IMG/VR virus record: IMGVR_UViG_3300049215_000496
Span: 1-64,000 of that record
Source of the DNA: a virus
DNA length: 64,000 bases
Direction: 5' to 3' (one strand)
Below the pieces are notes generated by a model, which saw only the letters and a program-made list of their open reading frames with translations, ran no database searches and was not told the origin of the DNA. A program made the position numbers and the translations under genes. Below are positions 54,954 through 64,000 of this stretch, one piece after another (position 1 is the first letter of the stretch; each line of letters begins with the position of its first letter).

Positions 54954-55697
54954 TTACGCGTAGTCGTGTGGCGTGACCTGACGGACGTTGCCGGCAGCGT
55001 CGCGATACTCGGTCACGCGCCCGTTGCACACAGTGACGGTGAGCCCGTCGGACGGACGCGGCCCGTAGGTCTCACACGCGCGAACTTCCGCGACGGTCGG
55101 GGGTGAGAACATGCGAGAGAACCATCCGCGGCCCCTACGATGCCGGGGAGCCCCGAAGCCTTTCATGGTCGGTGCGGGCGCGACTGGAGCGGGCGGGGGT
55201 GGCGGAGGGGGCGGGGAGAGCATGATCGAGCGATTGTTGCCCGACTGAAACGGCAACGATCGCTGCACACGATCATCGACGTGCGTGACACCGTATCGGA
55301 TGTTGGATCCGCTCGGCATCACACCGGGAACCACACCCTGGCGCATGATCATGTACGGATCGATGTGCGCGTGCCCGCCGCGCGTGCCACCGGTGCTGCC
55401 AAAACCGATCCCGGAGAATCCTGCCATGCCTCCCGCTTTCGGTTGAACAGCAGGAGCGCTCGGGGCTGGCGCGGTGACAGCCGGGGCCGGCGCGGGAACA
55501 TTTGGCATGACCCCCGGACCTGCATTCGGATTCAGCTGCGGCATGTAGAATCCATTTGCGGCAGGCATCCGTCGCATCACTTGATTGAATGGTTGGAAGT
55601 GCGAATAGAACCCGACACCCGGAATGCCGGGGCGAAAACTCGGGCTCGCGGCTTCGGGACGAGTGAAATCTGCGTGACGGGTTTGGCCAAGAATCAT
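54954..55697 (-). CDS. Pro/Gly-rich protein
   Basis: GAGGA RBS; segments separated by GFSGIGFG and KGFGA. Confidence 0.55.
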   Translation of the reverse strand: MILGQTRHADFTRPEAASPSFRPGIPGVGFYSHFQPFNQVMRRMPAANGFYMPQLNPNAGPGVMPNVPAPAPAVTAPAPSAPAVQPKAGGMAGFSGIGFGSTGGTRGGHAHIDPYMIMRQGVVPGVMPSGSNIRYGVTHVDDRVQRSLPFQSGNNRSIMLSPPPPPPPPAPVAPAPTMKGFGAPRHRRGRGWFSRMFSPPTVAEVRACETYGPRPSDGLTVTVCNGRVTEYRDAAGNVRQVTPHDYA

Positions 55698-55869
55698 CGG
55701 TATGTCCTCGCTTTACGGAAATACTACGCCTACAACTCGGGTGTGGTCAACTGGGGGGTGCAGGCAAACGCAAACCACATCGAACAAACCCGAGCACGTA
55801 GCCGACAACGAAGGCTGTCAAAGCCACCGCAGTGGGATGGTCATGCAACAGGTGCATGCCACGATTGTA

Positions 55870-56091
55870 TCACGTTCTTGGGGGTCCCTTAAGTGCTGCA
55901 AGCAGCTGCGTGACAGTCTGTTTGATTGCCATCGCACCCATAGCTCCGCGCTGCGTACCGTAGGAGTACGCGAAACGCACCACACATATCAAAGAGCAAA
56001 CCGACACAGTCCCGTCGACGGCCCCGGTCGTATTGATGTGGTTGAGCTGGTAGTGCGAACTCATAGCGTTGCTACATTGTTGGCAGGTCAT
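55870..56091 (-). CDS. Small Zn-binding-like protein
   Basis: CQQC..CSLIC; ATGA overlap with thyX stop. Confidence 0.5.
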   Translation of the reverse strand: MTCQQCSNAMSSHYQLNHINTTGAVDGTVSVCSLICVVRFAYSYGTQRGAMGAMAIKQTVTQLLAALKGPPRT

Positions 56092-56900
56092 CCCAGCACG
56101 CTTTCGTTCGGCAACGTCATTCGATAGGACTTCCACCCAACAAGATTTCCGTGTCGTGACGGAACATCGAGCGCCACCGCCACGTGCTCGAACGGCGCTG
56201 CGTGGGGAGGATTTTGATCCCGCAAACGATCGTGGAGTTTCACATCCTCTGCAATATCCCGGCGACCGTCGTGCGTGAGGTACGAAACGCGCGCGCAGCG
56301 CCCGACTGCCACTTTGATCAGTGTCGCGATGTCCTCTTGATGCAGCTCTTGCGGCGTAATGAACGGGAAATGCCATTCTCCTGCTTCCAGCTGCTTAGGT
56401 GTGTGAGCTTCCTTCAACATTCTCATCCTTCGTGCAAGCTCTTGAAAATGGGGCTCCGCGGCTGGATGATCTCGCAACGCAAAGAAGTTGTTCCATTCTG
56501 TACCAGTGATGACAACAGTGATCCACATCCACGGTTCTAGTATTCGATTCACCACCTGTTTGTGGATCCCGAGGGTGACCAGCTCCATCGCGTGTCTGAC
56601 AGCTTCGTCGCGAGCGTGCATCCATACACGAATGGCCTTTTTGCGCGTGTCCTCGTCGACCATCTCTGTAGCCTGCATGCCCTTTTGATTCTTACCGATG
56701 TGCTCCGGAATCCACGGGTCTTCCATTACACGATCGATGAGCTTCTGAACGGGAATCGCACGGGAGCTGGCGGAACTCTTTGTCAACATTCTGTGCGTCA
56801 TTATTTCTGAATGGATAGCACGAGGATACGTACATTCGTATGTGATCAAGCGCTTACCGCACGGCGCAAGAGAATCTGCCAGAATTTTTGCTGAAATCAC
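56088..56900 (-). CDS. thyX: Flavin-dependent thymidylate synthase-like (phage ThyX/Thy1)
   Basis: ISAKILADS, YPRAIHSEIMTHR..SASSRAIP, HKQVVNRILEPW, NFFALR, RCARVSY, HAAPFEH. Confidence 0.8.
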   Translation of the reverse strand: MISAKILADSLAPCGKRLITYECTYPRAIHSEIMTHRMLTKSSASSRAIPVQKLIDRVMEDPWIPEHIGKNQKGMQATEMVDEDTRKKAIRVWMHARDEAVRHAMELVTLGIHKQVVNRILEPWMWITVVITGTEWNNFFALRDHPAAEPHFQELARRMRMLKEAHTPKQLEAGEWHFPFITPQELHQEDIATLIKVAVGRCARVSYLTHDGRRDIAEDVKLHDRLRDQNPPHAAPFEHVAVALDVPSRHGNLVGWKSYRMTLPNESVLG

Positions 56901-57244
56901 GCGGCCACCGCCAACCGCACCGCAACCTCTTCCTGGCTCAAACCAGTGAGATTCAAGACAGGCTTTCCAAGTGCTGCAGCGCAATCGCCCTCAAGTTGCA
57001 TTCCCGGCGAGAGGACAGGCCCCACCTGCCAAACTTCATCAGCACGGGAGACCATCTCCATATCAGTAGCCAGACCCAGTTCGCGCATCGACTCATCCCA
57101 GACGCCCGTCAGCACGATCCAATCGGCGCTGATGGCAACGCCGTAAGTTTTCGCGATCCAGCCACACCATTCGGCGGCAGCCAACCGGTTAGCTTCGCGA
57201 TCGGCACCGCACCCTAAACGATGCGCTACGTATACAACTTTCAT
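56897..57244 (-). CDS. Nucleoside deoxyribosyltransferase-like (DUF4406-like) protein
   Basis: VVYVAH, ADEVW..SPGMQLE..A.ALGKPV. Confidence 0.55.
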   Translation of the reverse strand: MKVVYVAHRLGCGADREANRLAAAEWCGWIAKTYGVAISADWIVLTGVWDESMRELGLATDMEMVSRADEVWQVGPVLSPGMQLEGDCAAALGKPVLNLTGLSQEEVAVRLAVAA

Positions 57245-57843
57245 TATTCACCCGCCTCCAGCCAATCACCAACATGTTGCCATATTTGATCAGCGACACT
57301 GTCCCGTGAACATTCACCGTTCACGATTCGCCATTCCGTTAGCGTGCTCTCCGCCATGTGAACGTACTTCAGCCGTACGGCAGCCTGCTTGGCACGGTCC
57401 TTCTCGTAACGATCGCGGGCATCGGGACGTCGTCGGAGAGCCTCTTCCGGTGAGACGTCGAGAAAAATGTTTAACGTTGCTTTAGGCAAACCGCGATGCA
57501 GATTCTCTAGTAACGCAGCATCGACACCATCCGCGGCTCCGTAGCATATGCCAGATGCAATCCAGCGATCACAAACAACATGGTGGTCACGCGCCAGAAC
57601 GCGCCGTATTTCAGGGGCCGCGTCATACTTGTCACCCAGCATAAGGCATTGCAACGTAAGTGCATCTTCAGTGTTCCATATTCCTACAGAACGCAAACGT
57701 CTTTTGATCACCTCCCCTATCGGTGTGGAGTAACGCGGAAACGAAAACAGTTTTGTGTGTTTAATTTGACTCAATCGATTGGTAAGCATTCCTGCCTGTG
57801 TAGCTTTCCCAGCCGCATCCAATCCTTCGATTGCGACAAGCAT
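57244..57843 (-). CDS. tmk: Thymidylate (dTMP) kinase
   Basis: IEGLDAAGKATQ P-loop, SFPRY, VVCDRWIASGICYG. Confidence 0.9.
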   Translation of the reverse strand: MLVAIEGLDAAGKATQAGMLTNRLSQIKHTKLFSFPRYSTPIGEVIKRRLRSVGIWNTEDALTLQCLMLGDKYDAAPEIRRVLARDHHVVCDRWIASGICYGAADGVDAALLENLHRGLPKATLNIFLDVSPEEALRRRPDARDRYEKDRAKQAAVRLKYVHMAESTLTEWRIVNGECSRDSVADQIWQHVGDWLEAGE

Positions 57844-57844
57844 T

Positions 57845-58651
57845 TTAATCCCTCGACAGCTTTCTCGTGAATGTGGCAACGCGCACGTTCACACATGTGC
57901 GGGATTTGCCTCCAGCATCAAAAGCCGCGATGCTTTCTTCGACCGTGTTTCCTGAGGCTATCGCGTCTTCGCCGTCGTCAACGAACAGCACCGGCGCAAG
58001 TGGCCCGTCAACTATTGCTTGCGCTATGCAATACCGGCACTTCCAGTCGGTGTTGGTGTGTTCCTGGCATTTCCATACTGCCGTGTGCTTTGGCGCCGCA
58101 ATCGGCTCCGCAATCGGTGCCGCATCTTCCAATACGCTTTCATCGCGTCCGGCCAGTATGTCTGACGCTGCGATCGGATCCTTACGGCCTTTCTTGCGTG
58201 CCAGTTCAATCACGGCGATCTTGCCTTTCTCCTCGGGGGTCAGTTCCCGAGAAATGGCATTCACTTGATCTGCATGGCGTTGCGCTTGCCCTGGCTCCAA
58301 CCCACCAATTGTGTTGTGTGCAAGGCAGAAGCGATCGATCGGAACGAAACACGGCAGTCCGACACCGCCGCCTGCGAGCCCGAGACGCAAGCGCTTGATC
58401 GCGCCTAGCGTTGTCAATACCGGATCACCTGTCAGCGCCCCTTCGGGCATGTCGTGCTGTAGTACCGCGTACGCGCCCGTGCATCCCAACAGCTCGATGT
58501 CCTCGGCAACGTGAACGTCACACGTAGCGAGCGTCGCGCGAACCCACTGCGCTTCAGCTTCACGATCCGGTGCACCAGCGCCGAACGGCATGTCGTTGAT
58601 CGATCGTGTGTCACGGAATAGGTTATCGAGGGGATTTACATAAACGGACAT
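57845..58651 (-). CDS. Hypothetical protein with Cys motifs
   Basis: AGGAGA RBS; CQEH..CRYC. Confidence 0.55.
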   Translation of the reverse strand: MSVYVNPLDNLFRDTRSINDMPFGAGAPDREAEAQWVRATLATCDVHVAEDIELLGCTGAYAVLQHDMPEGALTGDPVLTTLGAIKRLRLGLAGGGVGLPCFVPIDRFCLAHNTIGGLEPGQAQRHADQVNAISRELTPEEKGKIAVIELARKKGRKDPIAASDILAGRDESVLEDAAPIAEPIAAPKHTAVWKCQEHTNTDWKCRYCIAQAIVDGPLAPVLFVDDGEDAIASGNTVEESIAAFDAGGKSRTCVNVRVATFTRKLSRD

Positions 58652-58660
58652 GGATTCTCC

Positions 58661-59680
58661 TTATCGATAGAAGTTGTTGGCAGCACGCGCGCGAAATGAA
58701 TCACCCCCGCCACCGGTGAAGCGCGATTGAGGCAAGTACCGGGACGCCACGGGGCGGTTGGAAATCTGCACGGCTGTGGCTCGCCGCGCCGATTCGATTG
58801 TCTGATTCAAGTATCGAGCGCCCGCCTCGCGATATTTAAGTAGCCCTACAGGGCAACGTTCAAACACCCAGTGAATCACTTCGTCCGACGCTCCCGCGCT
58901 GATCAGCGCGCACACCACAACCCAATCGGCTTCGGACCGGGTGATCTGCTTTTCGCTGTACGCGTTCTTCTCTCCGGTGTCGATGATATCGAGCACACCG
59001 GCGTGCAGGATTCGGCGCAGCTCCATCCAATCTGTGGGAGGATCGATCGCGACAGGGATACCTTCCTTTGGTGGTCGCGCGGGCGCGGCCCCAAGACGAT
59101 CGAGAGCGGCTTCGACGTGCGCCAGTGTGTACCGTCGATCGGGGTACACCCCCGTCAAGTGGCACCAGCGGGGCGTGCTCTTCCAGTTCACCGTGCCGGC
59201 AAGACGAAAGATCCTGTTGACGTTGAACACGGCATCGCTGCCGGTGTACTTGCACAGACGCTCCCACACGATCTTCGCCTTGTGTGCCTCCGCAGGCTCG
59301 GACAGCCCGATATAAAAGTGCGCGCCGTGCCCGGAGTTCGCTGTCACGGTTGGCGAAATTCCCCCGAAGGTCAAGCGCTTGTCCACTTCCTCGATCCCGG
59401 TCCGCTCGGGTTGCAGGTCTAGCCCTAACGCTGTCACGAAAGGCACATCGCGCTCGAACCCTGACATCGCGGAGCGTGGGTTGATCGCAACGAACACGGA
59501 ATATTGCATGGCATTCGTCTCGATCCCGAAGACCGTCGCTAACGCAGCATCCGTGAAGTAGCGCTTGATTGGAGCGCGTTTTGGCGCCAGGCCCGTGATC
59601 TCGATCAGCGCTTGCGCATCCGGGCGCGGGTGAAGCGTCGAGATCAGCGTATGCGCGTGAAGCAGTTGCGTATCGATCAC
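58661..59680 (-). CDS. RepB-type (AEP superfamily) primase
   Basis: LDLQ, NSGHGAHFY, RIFRLAGTVNWK, C-terminal TRSEADW..YL..TI. Confidence 0.75.
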   Translation of the reverse strand: MIDTQLLHAHTLISTLHPRPDAQALIEITGLAPKRAPIKRYFTDAALATVFGIETNAMQYSVFVAINPRSAMSGFERDVPFVTALGLDLQPERTGIEEVDKRLTFGGISPTVTANSGHGAHFYIGLSEPAEAHKAKIVWERLCKYTGSDAVFNVNRIFRLAGTVNWKSTPRWCHLTGVYPDRRYTLAHVEAALDRLGAAPARPPKEGIPVAIDPPTDWMELRRILHAGVLDIIDTGEKNAYSEKQITRSEADWVVVCALISAGASDEVIHWVFERCPVGLLKYREAGARYLNQTIESARRATAVQISNRPVASRYLPQSRFTGGGGDSFRARAANNFYR

Positions 59681-59816
59681 GATATTCGATCTCCGAGCCC
59701 AAGAGCAATCGCTTGTGTTCGCCAGCGCTCGAACTCCAACGCGTAGTACCGCGGACAAAACAGCATGCGCGGTTGAACCGTGCGGCTACAAGCGTGCGCG
59801 TGACACGTGTGTTCCA

Positions 59817-61424
59817 TTAAATCTTTCCGATGTACACAGCCGCCATTGTCTGAGCGCGTGTCAAACTAGTGTACATCCAACGCCGGCCATCTTCTTCGTT
59901 CAATCGTACTGACGGTTCAACTATTACAAGCACGAAAGGCCATTGACTTCCTTGCGATTTATGGCTTGTCCACGCATATCCAAAGTTGACATGAACGTGT
60001 GGCGCAACGCTGTCACCCAAATACACGCCTTGCATTCGCGCCCAATTGCTTGCAGCAATTTCTATCGCTTTGGGACCGGCCGTCAATCGTCCGTGCAACT
60101 CTTCCAAAGCGATAGTGACTGTAGCCTTTCCGATCTTGGTCGCACCGAAGCGCGCGTCTTCCTCCACAGGCTTATACTTGTCAAACACGCGCTCGTAGCT
60201 CTCTGGAGCGCTCGACCAGCCTTCGAACGCGAAAGATTCCCCGTTCATCACGCCAGCTTCGTAGGCGTTTTTGAGAACCATCAACGGCTCGCCTTTTTGC
60301 GGCATCTCGTCGTAGATCCCGAGCATCGCGCGAGCACCTGCGTTGAGCTGGAACCGTGTCACGTTGCGATGGCAGATTGTCACACCCCCATTGCGGTATG
60401 TCTCCACCAGGCAACCCCACAACTGCGACGTATCGAGGCGGGGAAGCTCAGCAAGAGCACGAATGCCCAAGCCGTTGCGGAGTCCCATCGACGCACGAAT
60501 CACAGGCGATCCTTGCGCCTGTCGCAAGACCTCCGTCATTTCTATCCGCTCGGCTTTCCACGCTGCCGCGAATTCCGGAAGCAGTACCGAGAACGGAGGA
60601 GAATTCGGAGGCAACACAGGAGGCAACTGAAATCCGTCTCCGATGAGCACGAGGCACAGCCCTAACTGCGTGCAGATCGTGTTCACGTCTTTCCACAGCT
60701 CGGGGCTGACCATCGAGGCTTCGTCAAGAATGACGAGACGTGAACGCGGCACAGCTATGTCATCGGGCAGACGCCGCACGAACCGCACAGTGCCTGTTTT
60801 TTCGTCTTCTTTTGGTTTGTAGATCCACCGGTGGATCGTTTCAGCGTGCAGGCTCGTTGCCTCTCGAACACGCAACGCAGCTTTCCCTGTTGGTGTGATA
60901 ACAATTGGTGTTCCGTGCTCAGCCGCAAGTGCACGTATCAGCGTCGTTTTCCCGACGCCGGCAAATCCGGCGATCACGCACAGTCCGTAACCGGATTTGC
61001 TCTTGATTCGTCGCACGGCCGCTGCGGCATTCTCCTGTCCTTCGGTGAGCGCGAACGGTAGCGGTTCGATCTTTTGCTCTTCAACGATTGGCGGCGCTGC
61101 GCGCGGGGCGTCCTCGTATGCTGTCGCGATCCAGCGCCCAACACGACGCTCTATCCGTTTTGCCAGATCGATGAACCCTAGCTCGTGCACACGGAAGATG
61201 GCTGCGCGTAGGTGGTCCGGTGCTAGCGTGTTGCTGGCAATGGCGTGCATGATATAATTGACGAGAATTCGATCAGCTTCGGCAAGCGCTCGCGTGTCGT
61301 AGCTGTTTTGCACGACGCAGTCAGGACCAAGAGCAATCTCAGCAGAGATTGCATCAGTCAGTGGGCGGCCACAAGCCGCACAGTTAGACGAAACGTACGG
61401 CTGAATAGCTACTGCGACTGTCAC
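59817..61424 (-). CDS. Dda/RecD-like SF1B helicase with N-terminal Zn finger
   Basis: CAACGRPLTD..GPDC; GFAGVGKTT, TPTGKAA, LDEASM, GDGFQLPPV, LRQ, HKSQGSQW, YTSLTRA. Confidence 0.9.
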   Translation of the reverse strand: MTVAVAIQPYVSSNCAACGRPLTDAISAEIALGPDCVVQNSYDTRALAEADRILVNYIMHAIASNTLAPDHLRAAIFRVHELGFIDLAKRIERRVGRWIATAYEDAPRAAPPIVEEQKIEPLPFALTEGQENAAAAVRRIKSKSGYGLCVIAGFAGVGKTTLIRALAAEHGTPIVITPTGKAALRVREATSLHAETIHRWIYKPKEDEKTGTVRFVRRLPDDIAVPRSRLVILDEASMVSPELWKDVNTICTQLGLCLVLIGDGFQLPPVLPPNSPPFSVLLPEFAAAWKAERIEMTEVLRQAQGSPVIRASMGLRNGLGIRALAELPRLDTSQLWGCLVETYRNGGVTICHRNVTRFQLNAGARAMLGIYDEMPQKGEPLMVLKNAYEAGVMNGESFAFEGWSSAPESYERVFDKYKPVEEDARFGATKIGKATVTIALEELHGRLTAGPKAIEIAASNWARMQGVYLGDSVAPHVHVNFGYAWTSHKSQGSQWPFVLVIVEPSVRLNEEDGRRWMYTSLTRAQTMAAVYIGKI

Positions 61425-61575
61425 CTATACGCCTCCAACAAGATCACCCGGGCTTCCAACTCGAACACGCGCCTCTTCAGATGCACAACACCGACCGTCA
61501 AGGCCGAAACGACATTCACCAACACGAACAGCCCCGACACGAGTAGCAGTTTCCTCGCATCGGGGCTTCGAAAAC

Positions 61576-62139
61576 TCACGCCGTCAGATCTCGACTCGAC
61601 AACATGTTGCGCGGGACGAACCCGACAAATGTGTGGGCATTGCCCGCTCCACCAATACGCACCGGCGGAGTCTTCGTGGATGGGTCGCACGAATCGGAAA
61701 CGAAAAATTCCTCAGTTCCTTTGAGCTTCAACTGCTTCCCGATCACCTCCAATCCCTCCGGCTTGAGGAACACACGCATCCCTGGCTGAATCGTGAATCC
61801 ACGCCCCTTGGTCCGCACGGGCTTGTAGCCTGTCGCGGCAAGGTCCGCCAGGGCTGCGGACATTTCGGTCAGATCACGAACCAGATCCGGACCGAACTCT
61901 TCAGGTATCGGCAGCTCCTTCGTGCCGAACGGGAACGTCTTCATCTTGTTGTGCAGCTTCTGCACGAAGCGCGCATAGTTCGCGAACTTGACCGCGGCGT
62001 TGCCCGCCGGGTTGTCTCGCCAAGCCGGAGGCTTCGGCTGTGCCGCGCGAGCTGCGCGAGCTTTCACCAAGCCAGCTGTGCTCCTCTTCTTACTGCTAGA
62101 TGAAACGCCATTCCTGCTAGCACCATTCGTCTTCGACAT
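61576..62139 (-). CDS. Basic hypothetical protein
   Basis: GGAGG RBS; Lys/Ala-rich N-terminus. Confidence 0.6.
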   Translation of the reverse strand: MSKTNGASRNGVSSSSKKRSTAGLVKARAARAAQPKPPAWRDNPAGNAAVKFANYARFVQKLHNKMKTFPFGTKELPIPEEFGPDLVRDLTEMSAALADLAATGYKPVRTKGRGFTIQPGMRVFLKPEGLEVIGKQLKLKGTEEFFVSDSCDPSTKTPPVRIGGAGNAHTFVGFVPRNMLSSRDLTA

Positions 62140-62172
62140 AACGATTTCCTCCTGGTTTACTGTTGAACATTG

Positions 62173-64000
62173 TCAGCTCGCGGCCTTCCAGTCATCTGCC
62201 GCTTTAGCTACGGCAGGGAAGTACATCGGGCCAATGCGTTTTTGCATAACACGTTCTACGATTTTTTTCACATGTTCTGTTTCGTGAGCACCACATTCTA
62301 CGACGAGCTGATCGTGTCCTTGAATAACTAAGCCCCGGTGCTGTACAAAATCGAACGGGTATGACGCCACAAGAGCCATCACGGCATCGTTTTGCATATC
62401 AGCTGACGCTCCTTGGATGGGGTGATTTCCCATCTCTTCGCGCTTTTCTCCTCCGATGAAAAACCGCTTTCGCTGGTGATAGGCTGTGGCGATGAACCCG
62501 TGACTACGCCAACCCAAGATCAGCTTTCGCTTCCACTCGACTATTGCCGGGTGAACCTTCCACCACAGGTTGTACACCCGCTCGACCTCGGCTAACGTGA
62601 TATGAGGGAACAGCGGTTCAAGATTGTCGTTTCGAAGCAGCGACAGTGTTCGATAGATTGTTGGCGTACCAGCATCGTACGACAGTGCATACACGAAGCG
62701 CTTGACGAAGTTCCGCACTTCATCGTTCACGTCCTCAGGCTTGCACCTGAACAAACTGCACGCATTGAATATGTGCACGTCCGGGCCACGCTTTTCATCG
62801 AACGCCTTGAACGCTTCGATCAGCGGCTCGTCGCCGGCAAGCAGCGCGATCTGGCGAAGCTCGACGGCGCTCATGTCAGCCGCGACGAACTTGTTTCCGG
62901 GCGCGGGCTTGAACATCGCACGCAATTTCTTCGGGATGTTCTGACAATTCGGGTCGCTTGAGCCCCATCGTCCAGATCGCTTGCCGGGGCGCCACGATGA
63001 GCGAACGCGACCGTCCGCGTGCACAATCGGGCCGCCTTCGATATGCCCGTCTACGATGTGCCCTGTGTTCACACCAAGCAGCTTCTCGGCTTCCCGATAC
63101 CCGAGCAGCCCATGGATGACCTTGCGCGCACGATCGTCGAGTCCTACCGCCAGCAAATCCAGCAGCGTCGGTTCGTCCGTCGACGGATCTCCGGAATCCG
63201 TCATGTGCTCATCGAGCATGGGCAGCCCTAGATCGTGATAGAGCAGCTTGCGCACCTGAACAGGAGATCCTGGATTGATATCTCGGCCCGCGATCTCAAC
63301 AAACTCTCGTTTCAAGCGATCAGATTTCTCTTGATACTCAGCCGCGAACTTCCAGCGCATTGCCGGATCAATCCAGATCCCGAGCGCCGCCATCGATCGC
63401 GCGATTCGGAACAGCTCGGCGTCCAGGTTGTAGATGTGCTCTTGCTTCGCCCACGACACATTTTGTATCACGTACGGCTCGGACAGATACGTGACGGCGA
63501 TGTCGTACGACAGATACTTGTCTAGCGTTGCGTCGTCTTTGATCTCAGAATGCTTGGCATCGTCCTTCCAAAATCTGGCGTCTGTGTACATCGATCCAAG
63601 AAAATCCAATCTGTGAGGCAATTCGGACGTAGGCCCTATCTGATGTGCGATCATGGTGTCGAACGATGTGTCGTCACGCAGAGGCACCCCATGCCGATGC
63701 AACACGATCGAATCGAAGCCGATTCCGTTGTGGAGCACCACGTGCTGGTCTGTCTGGAAGTACCCCGCGATCACACGCTGGCACGTTTCGATTTCGTGCT
63801 CCGGCATCAACAGGTGGCCCCGCACGCTCAACGGTGCGTAGATCATGACTTCGCGATCGGTTCCTATGCCGATCCGACGCAACCGGCACGACCAAGCGTC
63901 TTTCCCGTCGGTCTCGACGTCAACGGCAACGCGTGGGCGCGGCACCGCCAAGAAGTTGTAGATCTCCGTGGCGGTCTTTGGAACGAAATACAGCGGGTCC
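62173..64000 (-). CDS. polA: Family A DNA polymerase with 3'-5' exonuclease (5' end beyond window)
   Basis: VDVETDG (ExoI), GRWGSSDPNCQNIP, ADMSAVELR (motif A), KRFVYALSY (B), HDQLV (C); frame open to window end. Confidence 0.9.
   Translation of the reverse strand, partial: DPLYFVPKTATEIYNFLAVPRPRVAVDVETDGKDAWSCRLRRIGIGTDREVMIYAPLSVRGHLLMPEHEIETCQRVIAGYFQTDQHVVLHNGIGFDSIVLHRHGVPLRDDTSFDTMIAHQIGPTSELPHRLDFLGSMYTDARFWKDDAKHSEIKDDATLDKYLSYDIAVTYLSEPYVIQNVSWAKQEHIYNLDAELFRIARSMAALGIWIDPAMRWKFAAEYQEKSDRLKREFVEIAGRDINPGSPVQVRKLLYHDLGLPMLDEHMTDSGDPSTDEPTLLDLLAVGLDDRARKVIHGLLGYREAEKLLGVNTGHIVDGHIEGGPIVHADGRVRSSWRPGKRSGRWGSSDPNCQNIPKKLRAMFKPAPGNKFVAADMSAVELRQIALLAGDEPLIEAFKAFDEKRGPDVHIFNACSLFRCKPEDVNDEVRNFVKRFVYALSYDAGTPTIYRTLSLLRNDNLEPLFPHITLAEVERVYNLWWKVHPAIVEWKRKLILGWRSHGFIATAYHQRKRFFIGGEKREEMGNHPIQGASADMQNDAVMALVASYPFDFVQHRGLVIQGHDQLVVECGAHETEHVKKIVERVMQKRIGPMYFPAVAKAADDWKAAS

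Noticed and set aside
1-64000. tRNA/rRNA genes, terminase, portal, tape measure, packaging ATPase
   Set aside because: None recognised by eye; intergenic gaps are short and the only clear P-loops are in the helicase and dTMP kinase

Overview
The window looks like part of a large, GC-rich bacterial virus or provirus genome, densely coding with many overlapping stop/start junctions and no housekeeping genes. Left arm (1-16 kb): glycan and modification enzymes (GT4/GT2 glycosyltransferases, SAM methyltransferases, WbpB-like dehydrogenase, 2OG-Fe(II) hydroxylase) around two long Ser/Thr/Asn repeat fibre genes. Middle (16-38 kb): a putative virion module with many small single-TM proteins, a transglutaminase-like Cys protease interrupted at its catalytic Cys by a mini-intein, two adjacent beta-rich capsid candidates (262 and ~166 aa), a membrane-anchored lytic transglycosylase and collagen-like fibres. 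It is followed by a GH25 lysin, WbpA-like dehydrogenase, short tyrosine recombinase with a Zn-finger insert, Dam-like methylase, C1 peptidase between lipoproteins, FliA/WhiG-like sigma factor, a cluster of small basic proteins, and a replication module (ThyX, dTMP kinase, RepB-type primase, Dda/RecD-like helicase, family A polymerase truncated by the window end). I see no terminase, portal, HK97 capsid, tape measure or packaging ATPase, so a tailless membrane-containing virus is inferred but not proven. Best leads: (1) a two-copy structured leader RNA with a conserved 18-nt core overlapping a terminator, upstream of both structural operons; (2) a recurrent hydrophobic-x-G-A/S motif, often followed by a basic tail, in about 20 small proteins, resembling adenovirus-type maturation cleavage sites; (3) the intein-gated protease. 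All calls are by-eye motif recognition; no searches were run, and many start codons were refined by eye.
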